A stretch of 46,394 bases of DNA from an uncultured Dehalococcoidales bacterium (GTDB lineage: Bacteria; Chloroflexota; Dehalococcoidia; GIF9; UBA5629). The notes beneath the pieces were generated by a model that saw nothing but the letters and a program-made list of their open reading frames with translations, was not told the origin of the DNA and made no database searches. The translations under genes were made by a program, and so were the position numbers. Below are positions 39,570 through 46,394 of this stretch, one piece after another. How positions within the stretch are numbered: the first letter of the stretch is position 1; every line of letters starts with the position of its first letter. The stretch is taken from assembly GCA_964545945.1 (NCBI GenBank), contig CAZJID010000004.1, positions 1 through 46,394 of the forward strand. Direction: 5' to 3'.

Positions 39570-40655
39570 TTAATAGTCCATATGGGTAAACTGAAGTTCT
39601 GCGGCTTTGTGGTTCGGCTTCTTGTATCTGATTTCCTTGGCTATTCTTAGTGCATACTGGTCGGTCATTCCGGCAATATAGTCGGTCACCTTTCGCTCAA
39701 CCGTATCATCACGGTAGACATATTCTTCCGGCAGCTGTTTTTCGTGTTTTAAAAAATATAAATATAGAAGGCGTATAACCCTTTTGGCTTTTAGTGTATC
39801 TTTACCGGCCAGGCTTGGATTATACACCTTGTCAAAGAGAAACTCACGCAGGTCGTTGGTAGCTTCTAGGACGTTAGCGCTCATTTCAATGGTTGGCCCT
39901 TTTGAATTAGATTCCATAGATGCCAGCGAATTGAGCACTATATCACACACCAGAGTATTTATCCTACGGCTGGTGGTATCGCCGAGTAGCTTTAATGCGG
40001 TGGCCGGTAAATCTTTTTCTAAAATTACACCGGCCCGTACGGCATCGTCAATATCGTGATTTACATAAGCCACTATGTCGGCTATCTTAACAACTTGGCC
40101 TTCGATAGTGCCTACCTCTGTCCATCCTTCACCGAGAATATCGATTCCGCTCTTGGAGTGGTTTAGAATACCGTCTCTGACTTCCCATGTCAGGTTCAGT
40201 CCTTTTCCGTCTTTTTCCAGCAAGTCGACAACTCTCAAACTTTGTTCATTATGTTTGAACCCGCCGGGAAAGAGTTCGTTTAAAATCTGTTCTCCAACGT
40301 GACCGAAAGGTGTATGACCCAGATCATGTCCCAATGCGATTGCTTCGGTTAAATCTTCATTTAGGTTCAGCGCTCTCGATATGGTTCGCGCAATCTGTGA
40401 GACTTCTAAAGTGTGGGTCAATCTGGTTACAAAATGGTCGCTTAATGGTGCGATAAAGACCTGGGTCTTGTGTTTGAGACGGCGGAAGGCATTTGAGTAT
40501 ATTATTCGATCACGGTCCCGTTGGAAATCCGTTCGCAGTGAAGAGGGCTCTTCCCATCTGAGTCTACCGCGACTAAGCTTGCTTTTAGAGGCGAAGGGAG
40601 ACAGCCTGTTTTCAGATTCCTCTATACGCTGCCGAATGTTTGAATTGACCATCAA
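39570..40655 (-). CDS. dgt: dGTP triphosphohydrolase-like HD-domain protein
   Basis: 361 aa with FQRDRDRIIYSNAFRRLKHKTQVF, THTLEVSQIAR and LGHDLGHTPFGH. Confidence 0.85.
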   Translation of the reverse strand: MMVNSNIRQRIEESENRLSPFASKSKLSRGRLRWEEPSSLRTDFQRDRDRIIYSNAFRRLKHKTQVFIAPLSDHFVTRLTHTLEVSQIARTISRALNLNEDLTEAIALGHDLGHTPFGHVGEQILNELFPGGFKHNEQSLRVVDLLEKDGKGLNLTWEVRDGILNHSKSGIDILGEGWTEVGTIEGQVVKIADIVAYVNHDIDDAVRAGVILEKDLPATALKLLGDTTSRRINTLVCDIVLNSLASMESNSKGPTIEMSANVLEATNDLREFLFDKVYNPSLAGKDTLKAKRVIRLLYLYFLKHEKQLPEEYVYRDDTVERKVTDYIAGMTDQYALRIAKEIRYKKPNHKAAELQFTHMDY

Positions 40656-40687
40656 AACTTAATTTTTACTCCTGCCATACAGCAAGG

Positions 40688-42958
40688 CTATGATTGGCCA
40701 AGTTTCGCTTCAACAGCAGCAATTATACGTCTTGTTTCATCTATCATATCGGGGCTTACCGAGACCGAGGTGATCCCCCATTTTACCAGTTTCTCGGTAA
40801 GTTCCGGGTATACGGATGGTGCCTGACCACAAATGGAAGCGGTGGCTCCTTTCTTAGCGCACACAGTTATCAGTTTTTCTAAAGCTAAGAGTACTGCTTC
40901 GTTTCTCTCGTCGAACTCCGGAGCTAGCTTGGGATTGTCGCGGTCTATACCAAGGATCAGTTGTGTCAGGTCGTTCGAACCTATAGATATGCCGTCTATG
41001 CCCACATCCAGGAATTTGTCGATAAGGAAAACATTCGATGGCACTTCAGCCATCATCCATAATTTGAAATTAGGAAACTGGTATAATCCCTCAGAAACGA
41101 TAAATCTTTTTATCCTGGCCAGTTCATCTACGAAACGGACAAAGGGTATCATTACGTACAAGTTATCGTAGGACTGGCAAACCTTTTTAATTGCTTCCAC
41201 TTCCAGCCGGAAAACTTCGGTTTCTCTCATGTAACGCGAGCAGCCCCTATATCCAATCATGGGATTTTCCTCGAATTCTTCATACTTATCGCCACCGCGC
41301 AGGTTTCTGTATTCGTTAGTTTTGAAATCAGTAGTGCGATAAACGACAGGCCTTGGATGAAAAGCTTTGGTAAAAGTGGTAATGCCCTTGGCCAGCATTT
41401 CCATGAATTGTTCGCCTTTCCCCTCATGCAGCATATATCGGGGATGCCCGCCGATTTGCGCTATCATAAACTCTGCTCTGAGCAGACCGACACCGTCCAC
41501 ATGCCGAGAGGCAACGCCCTCGGCCAGTTCAGGTTCCGCCAGATTTACATAGACTCTAGTTTTGGTCTCAATCCGTTCGGTTGAAATAATGGCCGGGGTG
41601 GACTTTGTTGAGGGTTCGGCTACCTTCCCGGAATATACCTTGCCGTCGGAACCATCTACGGTTATTTCCTCGCCGTCTTTTAAAGTTCTTGTTGCTACTT
41701 CTGTGCCAACTACGCAAGGAATGCCTAATTCCCGGCTTACGATAGCCGCATGAGCTGTTCTTCCACCGCGGTCGGTAACGATAGCCGCTGCCCGCTTCAT
41801 GGCTGGAACGAAATCCGGGGTTGTCATTTCTGCAACCAGAACATCCCCCTCTTTGACCTTATCGATTTGTGAAGCTACAGGTACTATTTTAACCGGGCCT
41901 ACCGCTATTCCCGGACTGGCAGCGACGCCGGTTAAAATCGCACGAGCCTTTATCTTGCGATGGACCCGTGTATCCAGCTTCTGTTTCAAAGTGGTGACCG
42001 GACGCGTTTGTAGTATGTAGATCTGTGTTCCTTGCTTCGCCCATTCGATATCCTGCGGAAACTCGTAATGCTCTTCAATCATTTTCCCCAATTTGGCCAA
42101 CGCAATAATATCCTTGTCTGCCAGCTTTTGCTTGCTTTGTGCCGCTGCTGGAACAGAGACTTTGAGGTTTGGTTCCAGTTCGCCGGATGCAGCTTCGGCG
42201 TTTTTCACCAGCTGCCATTCCTGCTTTTGGACCTTCTTGTCGATAATGGTGGTGTCATTTTTATTAAGCAGATACTGGTCAGGTGTAACATCGCCCGATA
42301 CGATTGCTTCACCCAATCCGAAGATGGCTTCAATTAATATATTATTTGTATCATTGCTCAAAGGTTCTATCGTGAACATTACTCCAGAGGCCTCTGATTG
42401 AATCATCTTCTGTACAGGTACAGCGATACCGACTTTAAAATGGTCGAAACCGTTCTCTTGTCTATAGAATATGGCTCGTGGTTCGAACAGGGAACCCCAG
42501 CAGCCCTGTATAGCTGCCACAACGTCGTCTTCACCCTGGATGTTGAGAAAGGTACGCTGTTGTCCGGCGAAAGAAGCTTCCGGCAAATCCTCGGCTGTAG
42601 CCGATGAGCGTACTGCTACCAATCCTCCACCTAGTTTACGATATGCTTCTTTTATCTCCTTCACCATATCCGGCAGCATAGGTGCATTGGAAATTTTATC
42701 CTTGATTAAATCGGCAATCTCTTGGAGCTTCTTACTATCGTTGACATTCAGATTTTCAAGATGGCCTCGAATTTCGTCCGTTATATCAGCGCCCTGAAGA
42801 AACTTGAAATAAGCATCCGCTGTGACAATAAAACCAGGTGGAACGGGGATTTGAGAATGAACCATCTCACCAAGGTTGGCCCCCTTGCCACCTACCATGG
42901 GGATATCAACCTTGGTTACTTCATCAAACCAAACGATGTTTTTTGTCCTTCGCTGCAT
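40688..42958 (-). CDS. ppsA: Phosphoenolpyruvate synthase (pyruvate, water dikinase)
   Basis: 756 aa with an ATP-grasp N-terminus (VGGKGANLGEM), a phospho-His swivel domain (GGRTAHAAIVSRELGIPCVVG) and a PEP-utilising TIM barrel (GIDGISIGSNDLTQ). Confidence 0.9.
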   Translation of the reverse strand: MQRRTKNIVWFDEVTKVDIPMVGGKGANLGEMVHSQIPVPPGFIVTADAYFKFLQGADITDEIRGHLENLNVNDSKKLQEIADLIKDKISNAPMLPDMVKEIKEAYRKLGGGLVAVRSSATAEDLPEASFAGQQRTFLNIQGEDDVVAAIQGCWGSLFEPRAIFYRQENGFDHFKVGIAVPVQKMIQSEASGVMFTIEPLSNDTNNILIEAIFGLGEAIVSGDVTPDQYLLNKNDTTIIDKKVQKQEWQLVKNAEAASGELEPNLKVSVPAAAQSKQKLADKDIIALAKLGKMIEEHYEFPQDIEWAKQGTQIYILQTRPVTTLKQKLDTRVHRKIKARAILTGVAASPGIAVGPVKIVPVASQIDKVKEGDVLVAEMTTPDFVPAMKRAAAIVTDRGGRTAHAAIVSRELGIPCVVGTEVATRTLKDGEEITVDGSDGKVYSGKVAEPSTKSTPAIISTERIETKTRVYVNLAEPELAEGVASRHVDGVGLLRAEFMIAQIGGHPRYMLHEGKGEQFMEMLAKGITTFTKAFHPRPVVYRTTDFKTNEYRNLRGGDKYEEFEENPMIGYRGCSRYMRETEVFRLEVEAIKKVCQSYDNLYVMIPFVRFVDELARIKRFIVSEGLYQFPNFKLWMMAEVPSNVFLIDKFLDVGIDGISIGSNDLTQLILGIDRDNPKLAPEFDERNEAVLLALEKLITVCAKKGATASICGQAPSVYPELTEKLVKWGITSVSVSPDMIDETRRIIAAVEAKLGQS

Positions 42959-43069
42959 ACCTCTCCTTGTTTTAGGGTGTGTGGTCGTATTATACCAGAA
43001 AATAGCGATGTTTAAGATTATAATTGCTACACTATTGAGCGAACAACTTTCTTAAGTTATTGGCTTGAA

Positions 43070-44191
43070 TTATATATTGAAAAGAAAGGTTATTATGTCT
43101 CCGTCTTGCACGATGTAGCTCTTGCCTTCGAGTCTGAGGAGCCCGTGCTTTCTTGCTTCGGTCACGCTGCCACATTTATCTAAATCACTGAAATTAACTA
43201 CTTCCGCCCGAATAAAGCCCTTTTCCATATCAGAATGGATTTTTCCTGCAGCTTTTACAGCAGATGTCCCTCTGGTAATTGTCCAGGCTTTTAATTCGTC
43301 AGAAGCGGTAGTAAAAAAGGAGATTAATCCCAGCAGTTGATACGAAAGTCTAATTATGCGGTCTACGGCAGGCTCTGCAAGGTTCAGGGCTTTTCTAAAT
43401 TCTGTACTATCGTCTTCGTCTAGCTGTGCCAACTCCATCTCTAATTTCCCGCATAAAGCAACCACTTCAAATAGAGAATGCGAATAGCTTGAGCGTATAT
43501 CAGATTCAAAAGACTTGTTATTCGCTAACTGATTCTCCCCGATATTTATAACCAGCAACATTGGTTTCGCGGTTAGAAATTGGTAACCTACCAGGCTTTT
43601 AATTTCTTCGTCGGTTAGACTTTGCTGCCATATCGGAATTTCTTTTTCCAATTGTGACTTTATTCTTTGAAGTAAAGATTGTTCTTTCAAGAAGGGGTCT
43701 CGTTCTGCCTGCCTGGCACCTTTTAAAGAATCTTCCAGTCGCTTTAATCTTCTTTCAATTATGGCTATATCTGAGAAGACAAGCTCAAGATTCATTGTAG
43801 CTATATCCCGCTTTGGATTGATATCGCCCTCTATATGAGGCACATCTTCATCCTCGAAAGCCCGGATAACATGTAGCAAAGCATCGGCGTTGCTTAGATA
43901 GCTCAGGAGGTTACCGCTTATTCCTTCTCCTTTACCGAAGTCTTTGGCGATGCCTACAATATCAACGTACTTGACTTCAGCGGGTATTACTCTCTTAGGC
44001 TGAAATAGCTTTTCCAGAAATTGCAGTCTGGGTTCGGGTACCTTGGCCACTCCGATGTTAGGAGCCAGCGCTGTAGTGGCATAAGTTGTAGTATCTGCTT
44101 TTCCCTTGGTCAGGGCATTGAAAATAGTCGTTTTACCGCTCTTTGGCAGGCCGATTATGCAGATTTCCAAAGTAGCCCTCCCGTACCACAA
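43070..44191 (-). CDS. ychF: Ribosome-binding ATPase YchF
   Basis: 373 aa with G1 GLPKSGKTTIFNAL, a coiled-coil insert and a C-terminal TGS-like domain (KGFIRAEV...LRLEGKSYIVQDGDI). Confidence 0.9.
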   Translation of the reverse strand: MWYGRATLEICIIGLPKSGKTTIFNALTKGKADTTTYATTALAPNIGVAKVPEPRLQFLEKLFQPKRVIPAEVKYVDIVGIAKDFGKGEGISGNLLSYLSNADALLHVIRAFEDEDVPHIEGDINPKRDIATMNLELVFSDIAIIERRLKRLEDSLKGARQAERDPFLKEQSLLQRIKSQLEKEIPIWQQSLTDEEIKSLVGYQFLTAKPMLLVINIGENQLANNKSFESDIRSSYSHSLFEVVALCGKLEMELAQLDEDDSTEFRKALNLAEPAVDRIIRLSYQLLGLISFFTTASDELKAWTITRGTSAVKAAGKIHSDMEKGFIRAEVVNFSDLDKCGSVTEARKHGLLRLEGKSYIVQDGDIITFLFNI

Positions 44192-44243
44192 AATATAAGT
44201 CAGATGAGACCAAATTGCAAGAGACCGCAGCTTTGATTTTAAC

Positions 44244-44273
44244 TTGTTGCTATTTAGATTGATATGCTATAAT
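44244..44273 (+). promoter_or_regulatory. Candidate sigma-70 promoter for the rpsF operon
   Basis: TTGTTG (44244-44249), an 18-nt spacer, then the extended -10 TGCTATAAT (TATAAT at 44268-44273), about 30 nt upstream of the rpsF GTG. Confidence 0.4.
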
Positions 44274-44304
44274 GTCAAAACTTTGAGTTTCGAGGGTAAT
44301 ATAC

Positions 44305-44592
44305 GTGTCTAATTATGAACTGGTATTGATCGTCAGCCCCGAAGTTGCCGATGACGAAATGCCCGATTTTATCGCAAAACTGAGTGATTTAATTGGCAAA
44401 GTAGGAGGAACCGTAGACGAGGTGAATCAGTGGGGCAGGCGACAGCTTGCGTATCCCATAAAGCGGTTTTCAGAGGGGAACTATGTGTTAAGCAAGGTCA
44501 ATTTAAAACCGAGCGTAACTAAAGACCTTGAAGCTAATTTTAGACTTTCCGGGAAGATTCTACGTCATCTCCTGATAAGGTTGGCGGATTAA
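44305..44592 (+). CDS. rpsF: 30S ribosomal protein S6
   Basis: 95 aa, YELVLIVSPEV...WGRRQLAYPIKRFSEGNY. Confidence 0.9.
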   Translation: MSNYELVLIVSPEVADDEMPDFIAKLSDLIGKVGGTVDEVNQWGRRQLAYPIKRFSEGNYVLSKVNLKPSVTKDLEANFRLSGKILRHLLIRLAD

Positions 44593-44609
44593 GGTATAAG
44601 GAGGGGATC

Positions 44610-45044
44610 ATGGTGAGCTTAAACAGGATAATGCTTATTGGGAATGTGGGAACCGACCCGGAGATGCGTTTTACGGCGAACGGTAATCCGGTGACTTCTT
44701 TCCGTGTTGCTACCAGCCGGACCTATACAACTTCTGAAGGAGAACGTAGACAGGACACGGAATGGTTTACGGTAGTTGCCTGGAAGAAACAGGCTGAGAG
44801 TTGCAATCAGTTCTTGAATAAGGGGCAGCGGGTATATGTTGAAGGCAGCTTGCGGACCCGTGCCTGGGAGGGTAGGGATGGCCAGAAACGCATCACAGTT
44901 GAGGTCATAGCCAATAGGGTACTATTCCTCGACAGGCAGGCGATGGCACAACTTCCAGGCGAAGAAGTCCCCGCCGAAGTACCTGCTGAAGTAACTGCTG
45001 AAGCTGGCGAGGAAGAGATCGAGCCTGAAGATTTACCGTTTTAA
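44610..45044 (+). CDS. ssb: Single-stranded DNA-binding protein
   Basis: 144 aa with an OB fold (LNRIMLIGNVGTDPEMRFTANGNPVTSFRVAT), an acidic linker and the C-terminal tip EDLPF. Confidence 0.95.
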   Translation: MVSLNRIMLIGNVGTDPEMRFTANGNPVTSFRVATSRTYTTSEGERRQDTEWFTVVAWKKQAESCNQFLNKGQRVYVEGSLRTRAWEGRDGQKRITVEVIANRVLFLDRQAMAQLPGEEVPAEVPAEVTAEAGEEEIEPEDLPF

Positions 45045-45080
45045 TGATTTTTATTCGGAAAAGGAGGCATAGATTAGATA

Positions 45081-45401
45081 ATGGAGGAAGGCGAGGGGGC
45101 TAAAGAAGTAAGAGAGAAAGGACGACGTTTCGTCTTTAAGCCCAAAGTTTGCCCGTTTTGTGCAGACAAGAGCGAAATAGATTATAAAGATGCCTTCAAG
45201 CTGCGCCGATATGTTTCTGACCGGGCCAGAATTGAACCGAGGCGAAGGACGGGCGTTTGTGCCAAGCACCAGCGCCGTTTGGCATTAGCCATAAAGAGAG
45301 CTCGCTATCTGGCTTTATTACCTTATACTCCAGACCATATAAGTCCTAAAAGGGTAGCGGAGACTAAAGTCGCAGTTTCGGGAAAAGAGCCAAGTGCCTA
45401 A
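45081..45401 (+). CDS. rpsR: 30S ribosomal protein S18
   Basis: 106 aa with [61 protein letters not shown]. Confidence 0.9.
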   Translation: MEEGEGAKEVREKGRRFVFKPKVCPFCADKSEIDYKDAFKLRRYVSDRARIEPRRRTGVCAKHQRRLALAIKRARYLALLPYTPDHISPKRVAETKVAVSGKEPSA

Positions 45402-45534
45402 AAGAACGTACCAACCCAAAAAAAGAGCAAGAAAACGTAAGCACGGTTTCCGGGCGAGAGCGGCCACTTCCGGTGGACGGAAGGTGTTGAAATCGCGGCG
45501 GCTTAAAGGCCGGTGGCGGTTGACGCCAGTTTAG
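45394..45534 (+). CDS. rpmH: 50S ribosomal protein L34 (small ORF absent from the supplied track)
   Basis: The GTG at 45394 translates to [46 protein letters not shown] (46 aa, stop TAG at 45532-45534). This matches the L34 pattern KRTxQPxxxxRxRxHGFRxRxxTxxGRxVLxxRRxKGR. It overlaps the rpsR end by 8 nt. Confidence 0.85.
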   Translation: MPKRTYQPKKRARKRKHGFRARAATSGGRKVLKSRRLKGRWRLTPV

Positions 45535-45538
45535 CAGT

Positions 45539-45898
45539 ATGACAAAGAAATGGGCTTTGACTAAGAGAGCCCAATATCTTTCGGTTTATAAATCTGGTAA
45601 AGCTTGGGTAAATAACCTTCTGGTTATGAAAGTGTTGCCTAATGAGCGCGATTGCAGCCGTTACGGTTTCTCAGTAACTAAGAATGTAGGTAAGGCCGTA
45701 GTACGGAACCGGGTTAAGCGATTACTCAAGGAGATTTGTCGGGTAACACCTGTTAAACCAGGATGGGATATTGTATTAATTGCTCGGCCGCAGTCCGTAA
45801 CTGCTGATTATCACCGGCTTGAGGAGGCGGTGGAGACGCTTTTGAGTCGAGCCAACTTAACAAATAAAGATGAAGCGGTTCATACTGGAGTTAATTAA
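45539..45898 (+). CDS. rnpA: Ribonuclease P protein component
   Basis: 119 aa and basic, with the RNR-type motif (KAVVRNRVKRLLKE). It lies directly after rpmH, as in the conserved rpmH-rnpA pair. Confidence 0.85.
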   Translation: MTKKWALTKRAQYLSVYKSGKAWVNNLLVMKVLPNERDCSRYGFSVTKNVGKAVVRNRVKRLLKEICRVTPVKPGWDIVLIARPQSVTADYHRLEEAVETLLSRANLTNKDEAVHTGVN

Positions 45899-46079
45899 GC
45901 TGTATCAGTCTACAGTATCACAGGTTACCCCTCCGGCTTGTCGCTTTCAACCTAGCTGTTCTCATTATGCCTATGATGCCATCCGGAAGTACGGTATTAT
46001 AAAAGGGGGCTGGCTGGCAGCGAAACGTATAGGGCGTTGTAACCCGTGGACTGAGGGTGGCTATGACCCGGTACCATAA
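45870..46079 (+). CDS. yidD: Membrane protein insertion efficiency factor YidD
   Basis: 69 aa with LIKLYQSTVSQVTPPACRFQPSCSHYAYDAIRKYGIIKGGWLAAKRIGRCNPW. It overlaps the rnpA end. Confidence 0.85.
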   Translation: MKRFILELIKLYQSTVSQVTPPACRFQPSCSHYAYDAIRKYGIIKGGWLAAKRIGRCNPWTEGGYDPVP

Positions 46080-46098
46080 TTTATCGATTTTATAGCAG

Positions 46099-46394
46099 AT
46101 GGTGAATCAGGTGGTCAGTTTTTTTAAAACAAAAAGGAATATATTAAATCTGACAGTTTCTCTGGTTGTTCTCAGTCTGATTGCTGTTGGCTGCTCCGGT
46201 CCGACCTTTCAAGGGTGGTCGGGTTTTGCTGAGAATGAAGGCATTCTTTATTTTGGCGGTATAGACGGCAGGGTATTTTCCATTAGTTTGGAAGCTCGCA
46301 GCCAAAATTTGACTTTTCCCAGCGAAAACGAATGGGTTTTCAGTGTCCCCAAGGTAGGCACTCCAGGTAACATATGCGGTCCGGCTTGTGCACC
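46099..46394 (+). CDS. Putative lipoprotein, possibly PQQ-like/BamB-like beta-propeller repeat protein (5' fragment, runs off the window)
   Basis: It translates to MVNQVVSFFKTKRNILNLTVSLVVLSLIAVGCSGPTFQGWSGFAENEGILYFGGIDGRVFSISLEA. It has a signal peptide with a lipobox (AVGC) and a G.LYFGG.DG.VF repeat-like motif. It is truncated, so the family is tentative. Confidence 0.5.
   Translation, partial: MVNQVVSFFKTKRNILNLTVSLVVLSLIAVGCSGPTFQGWSGFAENEGILYFGGIDGRVFSISLEARSQNLTFPSENEWVFSVPKVGTPGNICGPACA

Noticed and set aside
44961-45010. Short tandem 12-nt repeats (gccgaagtacct / gctgaagtaact / gctgaagctggc) near the ssb 3' end.
   Set aside because: They encode the acidic, low-complexity EVPAEVPAEVTAEAGEEE linker that is typical of SSB tails. 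There is no sign of an independent repeat element.
1-46394. Search for CRISPR arrays, tRNA or rRNA genes, transposases, integrases and prophage genes.
   Set aside because: No regularly spaced direct repeats were seen. No intergenic region is long enough or GC-structured enough for a tRNA or rRNA. No recombinase-like ORFs are present. The window looks like core chromosome.

Overview
This is a dense, core-chromosome window of about 47 CDS from an anaerobic bacterium. I found no rRNA or tRNA genes, no CRISPR array, and no transposase or integrase. Gene content and synteny look Chloroflexota/Dehalococcoidia-like: a dgt-dnaG-rpoD operon, a lysA-holB-PSP1 operon, hdr/mvhD genes and a four-subunit 2-oxoacid:ferredoxin oxidoreductase. 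That assignment is inference only.

Gene order, left to right:
- Two heterodisulfide-reductase-like modules: hdrC-hdrB-hdrA-mvhD, then an hdrD-like gene and a second hdrA that runs off the left edge.
- A divergent LuxR-type response regulator with a GAF-PAS HisKA_3 kinase, and a tandem universal stress protein.
- mfd and a DUF488 gene.
- An ACP-like gene, nusB, a fabD-like gene, rpmF and yceD.
- An M20 amidohydrolase.
- rplI, dnaB, a DnaD-like gene, a tandem DnaC-like ATPase and an HNH endonuclease.
- PSP1/ricT, holB and lysA.
- A porGDAB-type oxidoreductase and a two-subunit CoA-transferase.
- A Cas4-like PD-(D/E)XK nuclease and a Rad50/SbcC-like ATPase.
- ffh, a membrane protein, rpoD, dnaG, dgt, ppsA and ychF.
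- rpsF-ssb-rpsR-rpmH-rnpA-yidD, then a truncated lipoprotein.

Main observations:
1. The apparently split hdrA and the apparently truncated mvhD are each one ORF with an in-frame TGA at a conserved Cys position, followed by a hairpin. Both are probably selenoproteins.
2. A Cas4-like Fe-S nuclease is operon-coupled to a Rad50/SbcC-type zinc-hook ATPase, with no Mre11/SbcD gene nearby.
3. One polypeptide carries two complete DnaC/IstB-type AAA+ modules behind a CxxCxGxG zinc motif, inside a dnaB / DnaD-like / HNH cluster.
4. The FabD homologue has both catalytic dyad positions substituted (Ser to Asp, His to Asn), and the nearby ACP-like protein lacks the canonical DSL serine position.

All structural and functional interpretations are untested inferences from reading the sequence.
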